Positions 35,436 through 44,609 of a stretch of 64,000 nt of DNA are shown here, piece after piece. This DNA is from a virus. A program made the translations under genes and the position numbers. A model generated the notes under the pieces. The model ran no database searches. It was not told the origin of the DNA and was given only the letters and a program-made list of their open reading frames with translations. The stretch covers positions 186,694-250,693 of the IMG/VR virus record IMGVR_UViG_3300035698_012504. One strand, 5' to 3'. Within the stretch, counting starts at the first letter, position 1; each line of letters opens with the position of its first letter.

Positions 35436-35743
35436 TGTTCGCATACATAGGTGGGATGGTTTTATATTTCATAATAGGATTTGTATCTGCAATATTAGTT
35501 GGTAAGATTATAGTAGTATTTAAAATATGGGATATACATAATGATTATTGTGGAGACATGGGGGATGAGTTCTCTGGTTCAGGATTCTTTTCATTCATGA
35601 TGGGCGGGTTCTTAATAGCTTGGCCACTGTTCGGAGCAGTTTCATTAATCGTAGTTTTTGCTACTGGTGTAATATATACAATAGAACATTCTGTTGCATT
35701 GATTAAGAAACTAGTAGATCCAATTGGATTATTAAGGGTGTAG
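35435..35743 (+). CDS. Small 2-TM membrane protein, paralog 1
   Basis: Shares the AWPLFGAVSLIVVFATG-type motif with the next two ORFs. Start and stop overlap the neighbouring genes. Confidence 0.4.
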   Translation: MFAYIGGMVLYFIIGFVSAILVGKIIVVFKIWDIHNDYCGDMGDEFSGSGFFSFMMGGFLIAWPLFGAVSLIVVFATGVIYTIEHSVALIKKLVDPIGLLRV

Positions 35744-35774
35744 TGGGTGGTCACAAACATGTGAAGGAGAAATA

Positions 35775-36113
35775 TTGATGGTTACATTTCTTGCGTTAGT
35801 CGGTATATTGTTTTGTTGGATCGTGATTGGAATAGCTTCCACATATTTACTAGCATTTCTCGTACGAAATAAAGACATTCCGAAACATTCATATGTTATG
35901 TCTAATCCAGATGAAGGAGACTATGAATTTTTATGGTGGTTAGCATTAACAGTTCCACCAGGATTTTATATACTGCTTGTAGTTGGCCTGATTGTAAAAG
36001 TAGTTGAACCAATAATAAGTGGTATCAGTTTTAAGAACATAATAATCAAACAGCGTGAATCAGTTCGAAAGAAAACGGATGCTCCTGTGAAAATTGAAGG
36101 CGATTCACGATGA
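35775..36113 (+). CDS. Small 2-TM membrane protein, paralog 2
   Basis: ILFCWIVIGIASTYLLAF...VPPGFYILLVVG. Similar to 36110..36394. Confidence 0.4.
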   Translation: MMVTFLALVGILFCWIVIGIASTYLLAFLVRNKDIPKHSYVMSNPDEGDYEFLWWLALTVPPGFYILLVVGLIVKVVEPIISGISFKNIIIKQRESVRKKTDAPVKIEGDSR

Positions 36114-36394
36114 TTATCTTAGCTTTGATCGGAGGCATAGTCCTCTGGCTAGGAGTAGGAATTGCAACTACATTTCTAATAACATATATATCACGGACTT
36201 GGATAGAGGAATCAAAGACAGATCCAAAAATAACTGCAAAGGCTATGCAAGAAAATATATTAGCACTTAAAGTAATAGCAATAATAGTCCCACCACTATT
36301 CTATCTTCTACTCATTGTGGGGGGAGGTTGGGAAATAGTCCATAATCTTTTTAAGTACCAAGATAAATTGTTCCAAGAAGAAGAGAAAGATTAG
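36110..36394 (+). CDS. Small 2-TM membrane protein, paralog 3
   Basis: IVLWLGVGIATTFLITY...VPPLFYLLLIVG. It overlaps the previous stop (ATGA). Confidence 0.4.
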   Translation: MIILALIGGIVLWLGVGIATTFLITYISRTWIEESKTDPKITAKAMQENILALKVIAIIVPPLFYLLLIVGGGWEIVHNLFKYQDKLFQEEEKD

Positions 36395-37298
36395 AAGGGA
36401 TTTAAATGGACGAGGATACTGCATTAGAAATATGTAACTTCTGTGGCAAAGAAGAATATTGTACTCATACTACTGACCCATATATGTATGAAGTATTTGG
36501 AGATACTAGAGTGGATTGGTGGTGTGGTAATTGTTTATATGAACGATCAAAAAAAATAGGGTTAGCATAATATGGATGATTGTGAAGAAAGAATAGCTAA
36601 GTTATTAGATGCATTAGAAAGAATAACTACCTTCGGACATACAGAGGGTTGTAATTGTCAATGCGCCCCAGTATATGAATGTGGCTGCTATGAGGAAGAT
36701 CAAGCAGACATAGCAAGAAAAGCATTAGAGGAGTATGGATACGAATGAGTGATTTAAATTCTTTAAAAGAAAAAGCTGAATTAATTATTGCAAGAATGAC
36801 AAGCAATATAGGATTACTAGAAATGCAAATGGATGAATTAAAAGAAGTTATGATATTAATCCAAAAGAGAGATGTCGATGAAGACATTCATATCACCAAC
36901 GGAAATGTTTAAGGAGGAATAATGTCGGATGATAATAAGTATTCTGCGTACACGGCCTTCGCAGCAATGGGAGAATATATAGCATATGCAATAGTTATCT
37001 CTGTGCTTATTGGCTCCTGTGCATTTATAAATGTGAATCGTGACAATCAGAGACACGAATTAAAGAAATTAGAAATACAGATGGAACAGCAGGAGAAACC
37101 TCAGTAAGGGAGGATATATGTTAGCGACCTGGCCTTTCTCTGTTATCGAAACCCTTATTGGGGATATCCTCATAAGATTCATCAAGAAAATAAGAGACAC
37201 TTACTTCGAAATATATAAAGCAATCTATGTAGCCATCCTGGAAAATATTTTGACACCAGAAGAGTTGGAACAAAAGATGAAAATGTAATTCGATTTCT

Positions 37299-37383
37299 AG
37301 GAGGAGTAGCGTAATTGGTAACGCAGCGGTCTTGAAAACCGCCGCCTTCGGGCTTGGGGGTTCGAGTCCCTCCTCCTCCGCCA
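37299..37383 (+). tRNA. tRNA-Ser (anticodon TGA), type II
   Basis: ggaggag/ctcctcc acceptor, tagcgtaattggtaacgc D arm, gcggt-cttgaaa-accgc, 14-nt variable arm, gggggttcgagtccctc T arm, discriminator G, CCA. Confidence 0.8.
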
Positions 37384-37405
37384 TATTTATAGAAAGGATA
37401 TTGTC

Positions 37406-37951
37406 ATGGATGTCGGAGTGTTCCTAGGAAGAATGTGCCCTATTCATTTAGGACACCAACATGTTATAGAAAAAATGAGATTAGACTATGGCCGAGATTA
37501 TCTTATAATACTAGGAAGTTCAAATGAAATTATTACTCATAGAAACATATTTTCTTACAGGCAGAGGACATCGTACATTAGAATGGTGTATGGGGAAACT
37601 GCCCGTCTAATAGGATTGGGGGATCATGGTGGAAGAAACTTTCTTGATGACTTGGCTGAGTGGCTTGCCGAACTAAAAGATACAATTAAATTAGCTTTTT
37701 ATGGGCAAGATGTTCATCCAATATTTTATAGTGGAAGTGAATTTGATATTAGTTTCTTTGTTAATAATGATATGAGATTTAAGATAGTAAATAGAACTGG
37801 GCCTGGCTCTTATGATGTAGCCGGAGAAGATATAAGAAAACATCTGTTGCGTGAGGAACATGATCAATTAGGAGGACTCCTTGATCCGAGAATTATTCCT
37901 CATGTATTAACTGATTTCGAACAAAACCTAAAAATCCTTTTGTCTATGTAA
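37406..37951 (+). CDS. nadM: Nicotinamide/nicotinate mononucleotide adenylyltransferase (NadM/NadR-type nucleotidyltransferase)
   Basis: The N-terminal GRMCPIHLGH matches the GxFxPxHxGH signature. A later GEDIRKHL segment is SxTxIR-like. 181 aa, the size of archaeal/bacterial NMNATs. Confidence 0.6.
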   Translation: MDVGVFLGRMCPIHLGHQHVIEKMRLDYGRDYLIILGSSNEIITHRNIFSYRQRTSYIRMVYGETARLIGLGDHGGRNFLDDLAEWLAELKDTIKLAFYGQDVHPIFYSGSEFDISFFVNNDMRFKIVNRTGPGSYDVAGEDIRKHLLREEHDQLGGLLDPRIIPHVLTDFEQNLKILLSM

Positions 37952-37984
37952 ACGCAAAACCCAAAGTAGGGAAGGACATTATAT

Positions 37985-39454
37985 ATGCCTACGGCTAGTC
38001 AAATGAATTCCGTGATGGCCAAAAACGAGCAACTAGAAAGTGTGCTCGAAGAAGCCAAAGAAACAATAATAGCTCTTGAGGCGAGGCTTGTGGAGATAAC
38101 GACTCCTCCTCTTTCAGTGAGTACAGTTCAGAGTGTCGATTTGGAGAGTGGGGTCTGTTCATTAGCAACAGGTGAATCAATAATAGACGTATTGATTCCA
38201 GCCCATATGAAAGACACTATCGTAATTGGTGACGTAGTACAAGTAGAATCCATGTCGAAGCAAATCATCGGCCCTTCCGGCTGCGCGACAATCGGAGAAA
38301 TTGCATTAATTAAAAGAGTGATTGATAACAACACAGTAGAAGTTGATGTTGGTGGTACAGTGAAAGTAGTAACATATAATAAATTATTCAAACATGAAAA
38401 AGGCGACAGAGTTCAATTAGATCTGACAAGAAATATCATAGTGCGAAACCTTGGAAAAGACGATGAGCAGTTCAAGTTCTCAGGCGAGACGGCAGTCACC
38501 TGGGATGATATCGGTGGGCTCGAAGATGCGAAACTCTCTATGAGAGAAGCTCTCGAGTTGCCATATCAATACAGGGAAATTTTCGCACACTACTCCAAGT
38601 CGCCTGCAAAAGGAATCCTATTATGGGGTCCTCCTGGTTGCGGCAAAACACTTCTTGCAAAAGCAGCTGTATCATCCATTGCTGCCACGCATGGAGCGGA
38701 GACAACGAATACGGCATTGATATATGTTAAGGGTCCTGAGATCCTCAGTAAGTGGGTAGGTGAATCAGAAGCAGTCATTCGCGGACTCTTCCAACGCGCC
38801 AGAGAGCACCACAAAGAACACGGATATCCTGCCGTTCTGTTCATAGATGAGGCCGAGTCCATTATGAATAGAAGAGGATCAGGTATCAGTTCGGACATGG
38901 ATAGAACAATCGTTCCCATGTTCTTGTCTGAGATGGACGGTCTCGATGAATCCCATGCAATAGTAATAATGGCAACTAATAGACCCGACATGCTCGACCC
39001 AGCCGTCACAAGAGATGGTCGTGTCGATAGAAAGATTGAGATTCCAAGACCAAGATTAACCGAAGCAAGCAGTATCTTCGGAATCCATCTTCGGAACAAA
39101 CCACTTGCCAAGAAAACTAAAAGTGAAACATTGGTAGAACTGGCATGCGAAATGCTTTTCGATGACGAATTGAAGTTGAAGAAAATTGTGATGAAAGATG
39201 GCGGATCAAGATTCCTTCGCATGAAGCATGTCTTGAATGGAGCTATGATCGCCACCCTTGTCGAGAAGGCAACTGGTATCGCGATCAGACGCGACATCGA
39301 ATCAGGGAAACCTTCGGGGATCACTGAGGGGGATATTAAAGAAGCCATTGAAGATGCGATTGTTGAAAATAAAGGATTGGGTCTTAAGACCGAAGTTAAA
39401 GAATTAATGGGTGGAAAAGTGAGTGGTGTGGCCAGCGTAGAGAGAGTGATATAA
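37985..39454 (+). CDS. AAA+ ATPase of the classic clade with N-terminal coiled coil and OB-like domain (proteasomal-ATPase/ARC/PAN-like architecture)
   Basis: Walker A GPPGCGKTLLAK, Walker B LFIDEAES, second region of homology ATNRPDMLDPAVTRDGRVDRKIEI. The N-terminus has a coiled coil (EQLESVLEEAKETIIALEARL) followed by a beta-rich segment. Confidence 0.8.
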   Translation: MPTASQMNSVMAKNEQLESVLEEAKETIIALEARLVEITTPPLSVSTVQSVDLESGVCSLATGESIIDVLIPAHMKDTIVIGDVVQVESMSKQIIGPSGCATIGEIALIKRVIDNNTVEVDVGGTVKVVTYNKLFKHEKGDRVQLDLTRNIIVRNLGKDDEQFKFSGETAVTWDDIGGLEDAKLSMREALELPYQYREIFAHYSKSPAKGILLWGPPGCGKTLLAKAAVSSIAATHGAETTNTALIYVKGPEILSKWVGESEAVIRGLFQRAREHHKEHGYPAVLFIDEAESIMNRRGSGISSDMDRTIVPMFLSEMDGLDESHAIVIMATNRPDMLDPAVTRDGRVDRKIEIPRPRLTEASSIFGIHLRNKPLAKKTKSETLVELACEMLFDDELKLKKIVMKDGGSRFLRMKHVLNGAMIATLVEKATGIAIRRDIESGKPSGITEGDIKEAIEDAIVENKGLGLKTEVKELMGGKVSGVASVERVI

Positions 39455-39457
39455 GTT

Positions 39458-39712
39458 ATGGCTCGGGCGCAAGCTACCAAGAAACGTACCAAACAATCGT
39501 CTGGGGTAAGTTCTGCTCCACTTAAGACATCTACTCATACTGGACAATTCAAAACAACAAAGGCTGGAATACCTGGCGGCGATGTGCTTGGTGCTATAGA
39601 TGAAGCTTTGTCAGGTTCTTCGGATTTGAAAGAGGAGCTGGCCAGGGAGTGGGAGGCGAAGAGGTCCAGCTGCTGTGGTAGCAATTGTTGTGACAGTGAT
39701 GATGGTTATTGA
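39458..39712 (+). CDS. Small Lys/Ser-rich protein with C-terminal Cys cluster
   Basis: 84-aa ORF. Confidence 0.3.
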   Translation: MARAQATKKRTKQSSGVSSAPLKTSTHTGQFKTTKAGIPGGDVLGAIDEALSGSSDLKEELAREWEAKRSSCCGSNCCDSDDGY

Positions 39713-40169
39713 AAACTTAGTAGCTGCTATTTGGGTGTGCCTAGCAGTCGGTTCAATTTCTCTGACTATTACTAAGTCTGTCATATTCTCTCCGATAAGA
39801 GATTTCGTTGAGAAGAGATTTGGACGGGATAGTAAAATAGATGAATTGTTCAACTGTTCATATTGTATGTCACATTGGGTGGCATTATTTCTAGTAGGAA
39901 TATCAGGACTAAGAGTTACGTACTCTAACTTTATTGCAGATTTTATTATCTCCTGGTTCGCTGTCGTATCCATATCGACAGTAATAATTTGGATAGTATA
40001 TAGATCATTTCATTATTTACAAATACCTAATGTCGATAAGTTAAGAAGTTTACTAGAATTATCGAAAGAACGGTTGATGGAGCTGGAGGAGAAGACTACC
40101 AATCTCGAGCAAGAGAATGCAGAGTTGCAGGAATTGCTCGTTAAAAATATTGAGTCCTCACAGGATTGA
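39675..40169 (+). CDS. Membrane protein with C-terminal coiled coil
   Basis: 164-aa ORF: TM helices, then LMELEEKTTNLEQENAELQELL. Confidence 0.4.
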   Translation: MVAIVVTVMMVIENLVAAIWVCLAVGSISLTITKSVIFSPIRDFVEKRFGRDSKIDELFNCSYCMSHWVALFLVGISGLRVTYSNFIADFIISWFAVVSISTVIIWIVYRSFHYLQIPNVDKLRSLLELSKERLMELEEKTTNLEQENAELQELLVKNIESSQD

Positions 40170-40196
40170 TATTCATACATGCGTAAGACAAGAGGA

Positions 40197-40238
40197 GAGA
40201 GGCCCTAAACAGATATTGATTGGGCCTCTCATTTTTTG
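40197..40238 (+). terminator. Rho-independent terminator
   Basis: gagaggccc-(16 nt)-gggcctctc followed by attttttg. Confidence 0.7.
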
Positions 40239-40250
40239 AAAGGAAAGGAT

Positions 40251-41789
40251 ATGAAAGCACCACCTGGTATGGAGGATGGTATGTCTTCCAAGGTTGTTGA
40301 CGCGACGAGTGGAGAAAGTTCCAATCCATGGGTTGATAGACGCGGACTGGCATTACTTACAGACTTCTACGAATTAACAATGGGTGCAGGGTTTTTTAAG
40401 ACTGGCAAAGCAGAAGATGAATCATGCTTTGAATATTTCTTCAGAGGTCTTCCTGAGCACAATGGAGTTGGTGTCTTCTGTGGAATCCAATCTGTTCTCA
40501 AGTATCTCACGCACTTCAGATTCACTGAGGATGACATATATACTTTAGAACGTACTAAAATGTTTACAGGCGAATATCTAAATTACTTGAAAAATATGGA
40601 GCTGAAACTCACGGTCAGGGCTGCTAAAGAGGGAACACTTGTTTTCCCTGGCGAGCCCCTAGTCCAAGTTTCAGGTCCATTAATTCAGTGTCAATTAATT
40701 GAGAGTGCCCTCCTTAATTTTCTTAATTTTCAAACTTTAATAGCGACAAAAGCTGCCAGAATGGTAAGAGCAGCTAACCATGAAATGGTACTTGACATGG
40801 GATTGAGAAGAGCACAAGGCCCCGATGGTGCTCTATCTTCATCGCGCGCACAATACATTGGTGGTTGTTCATCAACATCAAATACTCTTGCACATAAATA
40901 CTTCGGAATTCCAGTCAAAGGAACAATGGCTCACTCATGGGTAATGATCTTCGATACTGAGATTGAATCGTTCCGAGCATATGCTGATACCTTTCCAGAA
41001 AGTTGTGCGCTGTTAGTAGATACATACGACACTATTAGATCAGGTGTACCAAATGCAATAACAGTATTTAAAGAACTGGCAAAACACAATCCGATGATTA
41101 GACCAGCAATACGATTAGACTCCGGTGACCTTGCAAAGCTAAGTAAACAAGCACACCAGATGTTTGTAGATGCAGGGTTCAAAGATCCTCTCATTGTCGC
41201 ATCGAATGACCTTGACGAACATTTGATTGCAGATCTTAAGAGACAAGGTGCCAAAATTAATGCTTGGGGAGTTGGAACAAAACTCACTACAGCATATGAT
41301 CAACCAGCTCTTGGCGGAGTCTACAAATTGGTAGCAGTGAAGGAGGGAGAAACTTGGGCTCCTAAAATAAAAGTTTCATCAAATATAGACAAAATAACAA
41401 ACCCTGGGCGTCACGATGTCGTTCGATTTTTGGATGAAACTGATTCACCAATTGGGGATGTGATATACGAACAAGGGGAAGCGAAGAATGTCGCCGGAGT
41501 TGGAACTGTTGTTGTAACTGACGCAACCAATCTCTGGAAGGAAGTAAAAATAAGAGGAGCCCATAAAAGGGTGAATCTATTAGATGATGTTTTTGTAAAT
41601 GGATCGACTGTCAACGTAGATACTAGAACTATTGCACAAATAAGAACCGATGTAATACTTCATCTAGATAGATTGGATGATGAATTCAAGAGACTTCTAA
41701 ATCCTGAATATTATAAGGTAGCTCTTTCAACTGGATTAGGTGAAACAAAGAAACGGCTCTTGCAAGAGGCACAAGATATGGAGGGATAA
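40251..41789 (+). CDS. pncB: Nicotinate phosphoribosyltransferase (NAPRT/PncB family)
   Basis: LALLTDFYELTMGAGFFKTGK...ESCFEYFFRGLP resembles the NAPRT N-terminus (ALLTDLYQ.TMA.GYW...FELFFR). GTMAHS motif present. RBS AAAGGAAAGGAT before the ATG at 40251. Confidence 0.8.
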   Translation: MKAPPGMEDGMSSKVVDATSGESSNPWVDRRGLALLTDFYELTMGAGFFKTGKAEDESCFEYFFRGLPEHNGVGVFCGIQSVLKYLTHFRFTEDDIYTLERTKMFTGEYLNYLKNMELKLTVRAAKEGTLVFPGEPLVQVSGPLIQCQLIESALLNFLNFQTLIATKAARMVRAANHEMVLDMGLRRAQGPDGALSSSRAQYIGGCSSTSNTLAHKYFGIPVKGTMAHSWVMIFDTEIESFRAYADTFPESCALLVDTYDTIRSGVPNAITVFKELAKHNPMIRPAIRLDSGDLAKLSKQAHQMFVDAGFKDPLIVASNDLDEHLIADLKRQGAKINAWGVGTKLTTAYDQPALGGVYKLVAVKEGETWAPKIKVSSNIDKITNPGRHDVVRFLDETDSPIGDVIYEQGEAKNVAGVGTVVVTDATNLWKEVKIRGAHKRVNLLDDVFVNGSTVNVDTRTIAQIRTDVILHLDRLDDEFKRLLNPEYYKVALSTGLGETKKRLLQEAQDMEG

Positions 41790-41790
41790 T

Positions 41791-43722
41791 ATGCAATTAT
41801 GTAAAATTGGCACAACATGTATCTCAACATTAGTGGGTGATTTCGAAGGGAATGTGAATAGAATAATTAGTGCAATTAAACTTGCCGAGAGACAAGGTGT
41901 ACAGATTCTAGTAACTCCAGAGTTGGGAGTAACCGGATATAGTCTGGGGGACCGAGTTCTTTGGGATGATATTGAATTGAAGTGCGAAGAAGCTATGCGA
42001 AAAATAAAAGAGCATTGTTCTAAAGTTACTGTGTTTGTTGGTCTTCCGATATTCGCAGATGGAAAAATATATAATGGAATGGTTTGTATTTGTGGTAGAA
42101 AGTATTGTGGGGGATTTCTAAAAGCCCACCTACCAAGTTATAATATATTTTATGAAACAAGAAATTGGTCTCCGTATGATGGAGAAGATAGCATACATCA
42201 TGATTTATATGGATACTTAGGTCATAATATTATAGAAATTGGTGGGGTTAAAATATTTGGGGAAATATGTGAAGATGTTTGGGCGAATTCCCAGACTGTT
42301 TCTCAAGCAGTTAGTGGAGAAAATGGAGCCGTACTCGTTGTCAATGGTAGTGCTTCTCCATTCTCACCACAAAAGAATGTATCTAGAATGAAATTGATTC
42401 AGACAACTGCACAAAAAAATATATGCGTATATGCATATGCAAATCAATTAGGATTAGACGAAGGCAGGACTGTATTCGATGGTGGTGGAATCATCGCATC
42501 TCCGGATGGTATATTGTCTGCTGGGAAAATACTTAGTGATGCTGCGTTTACTATTAACACTGCCGTAGTAGATTTTGATAAGATAAGAAGACAAAGAAGA
42601 GAAAACAATACATGGAAATCTATAAAATCGAAACATATGTCGCGGATCCATAGCGAATATACCAAACCTATTTTAACAAATTATCAACTGATAAAAGAAA
42701 TGCTAGAATGCGATAGATACAAAGAAGCACATTACTCTTCTGCAATAGATGAACGCCAAATATTTAAGGCATTATCTCTTGCGTTAAGAGATTATTTTAT
42801 TAAGGCTGGTTGTTTTAATCATATCCTAATTGGTCTATCTGGAGGTAGAGATAGCGCATTATGTCTATTGGCTGCCCATACTGCAGTTCATAGCATGGGT
42901 AAACTCCCATCCGAAATAATAAAGACAGTGTATTTAGATCATAGTAGAAATAGTAGTGACAGAACAAAACAAGCAGCAATTGCTTTAGCTGGGGCACTAT
43001 GTATTCCGATTGAAGTAGTTAATATTGACGAAGCATCTGATATATCAAACACATTCGCGCATGATATGTTAAAGAAAAGTTCTAATCTTGATAATCCTCC
43101 GTTGGATCGAATCACTATGCAAAATACACAGGCAAGAGTTCGTGGGGCATTCATGCTCAACTGGGCAAATGCAATAGGTGGATTAGTAATAGTAACTGCG
43201 AATATGAGTGAAACTGCTGTGGGATATTGTACGACCGGTGGAGACAATCAAGGCGGGTATTCACTCCTAACAAATGTTCCGAAGACTATGGTTAATTCCA
43301 TTCTAGTTGACAGAACCATTGTATACAAACCAATGGGGAATCCTATTTCAAAAGCCATTCGAGAAATATTGAATATGAAACCAAGTGCAGAACTGGAACC
43401 AGATCAAACAGATGAAGATGATCTAATGCCATATCAAGTATTGGATAATTTACTAGTATTATATATAAAAGAAAGAAGACCAATAATAGAATGTTTAGAA
43501 ATTCTGAAGGTGATGTACGAAGTTGATTTTTATATATTTGGAAAGCTGACTAAATATTGTAAACGATTTATTCAGATGTTAGTTAAAAATCAATGGAAGA
43601 GAGACCAGCATCCAGTGGGTCCAAGAGTAATGGACTTCGATCTCGATCCAAAAACTGGATTCAGATTCCCAGTACTCCAAGTACTAGAGGAAGATCTTGA
43701 GTCACTAGAAGGGAAGTTATGA
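41791..43722 (+). CDS. nadE: Glutamine-dependent NAD+ synthetase (N-terminal nitrilase/CN-hydrolase domain + C-terminal NAD synthetase PP-loop domain)
   Basis: CN-hydrolase triad context VTPELGVTGY ... ICEDVW. PP-loop LIGLSGGRDSALC. ATG at 41791 after GGAGGGA. Confidence 0.8.
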   Translation: MQLCKIGTTCISTLVGDFEGNVNRIISAIKLAERQGVQILVTPELGVTGYSLGDRVLWDDIELKCEEAMRKIKEHCSKVTVFVGLPIFADGKIYNGMVCICGRKYCGGFLKAHLPSYNIFYETRNWSPYDGEDSIHHDLYGYLGHNIIEIGGVKIFGEICEDVWANSQTVSQAVSGENGAVLVVNGSASPFSPQKNVSRMKLIQTTAQKNICVYAYANQLGLDEGRTVFDGGGIIASPDGILSAGKILSDAAFTINTAVVDFDKIRRQRRENNTWKSIKSKHMSRIHSEYTKPILTNYQLIKEMLECDRYKEAHYSSAIDERQIFKALSLALRDYFIKAGCFNHILIGLSGGRDSALCLLAAHTAVHSMGKLPSEIIKTVYLDHSRNSSDRTKQAAIALAGALCIPIEVVNIDEASDISNTFAHDMLKKSSNLDNPPLDRITMQNTQARVRGAFMLNWANAIGGLVIVTANMSETAVGYCTTGGDNQGGYSLLTNVPKTMVNSILVDRTIVYKPMGNPISKAIREILNMKPSAELEPDQTDEDDLMPYQVLDNLLVLYIKERRPIIECLEILKVMYEVDFYIFGKLTKYCKRFIQMLVKNQWKRDQHPVGPRVMDFDLDPKTGFRFPVLQVLEEDLESLEGKL

Positions 43723-43883
43723 ATTGTCCTAATTGTAATGAACCATATACCTCTAAAGAAATAGAGGATTCCGGGGAACCATTTAATTGTCATATGTGTG
43801 GATCAGAACTAATAACAAGTGGCCCCAAATTAAAAACGGTTAAAGCGGTGATGAATGAAACTGAACCAGAGGATTTTCAATGA
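43719..43883 (+). CDS. 54-aa zinc-ribbon protein
   Basis: MNCPNCNEPY...FNCHMCGSEL, two CxxC pairs. ATGA overlap with the nadE stop. Confidence 0.4.
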   Translation: MNCPNCNEPYTSKEIEDSGEPFNCHMCGSELITSGPKLKTVKAVMNETEPEDFQ

Positions 43884-44188
43884 ACAAAGAGCGGGACGAA
43901 TTAATAAAACTTGCATTAGATGTAGAGGAAGAAGTAACATTAAAAATAATAAGACCGGCACATATAATAATTTTTGAACCAAAAGATATAATTGATATTT
44001 ATAAAAGACATAGTGAACATAATGAAGAAATAGATATTTCTGAAGCAGCTTTATTATTGGATCAACTAATGGATGATATGGAAGCTGAGATCACCCCTAT
44101 AATTGAAGAACGGATATTTGAATTACTATCCCAACAACGAGAGGACAACGCCAATGGGAACCAAGACGGAGATTTTTCCACCGATTAA
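43880..44188 (+). CDS. Acidic hypothetical protein
   Basis: 102-aa ORF. Confidence 0.35.
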   Translation: MNKERDELIKLALDVEEEVTLKIIRPAHIIIFEPKDIIDIYKRHSEHNEEIDISEAALLLDQLMDDMEAEITPIIEERIFELLSQQREDNANGNQDGDFSTD

Positions 44189-44528
44189 AACTGAAACCAG
44201 TCTTTCTTATTTCGGATTCAAAACGAGATACGGAATATTATTTAAAGTTTACTTACCAGAAGCAAATGAAATTCGAGAAATAAATATAACCAAACCAATA
44301 TTTGTGGTAAAAAATGGGGTTAGAAGTATGAGAGAACAAGCGAAGGTTTCTTTGTGTGAGCCGACTGCAGTGTTCCGTGGCGGGGATTTAATGATAATGA
44401 CTAAGATGATGAAGATTGCAGCAGTTGTTGCGAAGAGATTAGAAGATGAGGAAGACGCAACTACGTTGATAAAGGGTACTGTCAATTACAAACGATTTAA
44501 AGAATTAGCTGGAGCGGAACCATTATAG
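44154..44528 (+). CDS. Hypothetical protein. It ends at a TAG that is in frame with the downstream DHH gene.
   Basis: ORF 44103..44528 in the track. The internal ATG at 44154 fits the overlap better. Confidence 0.35.
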   Translation: MGTKTEIFPPIKTETSLSYFGFKTRYGILFKVYLPEANEIREINITKPIFVVKNGVRSMREQAKVSLCEPTAVFRGGDLMIMTKMMKIAAVVAKRLEDEEDATTLIKGTVNYKRFKELAGAEPL

Positions 44529-44609
44529 GAGAATGTCATAGAGGAAGATAGCAAAAATGTTTTAGAAGGGATTTTTGAAAATTCTGTAGGTAAGTCGGCT
44601 GCAATTTTC

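Noticed and set aside
44526-44528. In-frame TAG as evidence for genome-wide stop-codon reassignment
   Set aside because: There is only a single instance, and no suppressor tRNA (CTA/TTA/TCA anticodon) is among the tRNAs found. Other genes terminate with TAG in sensible places.
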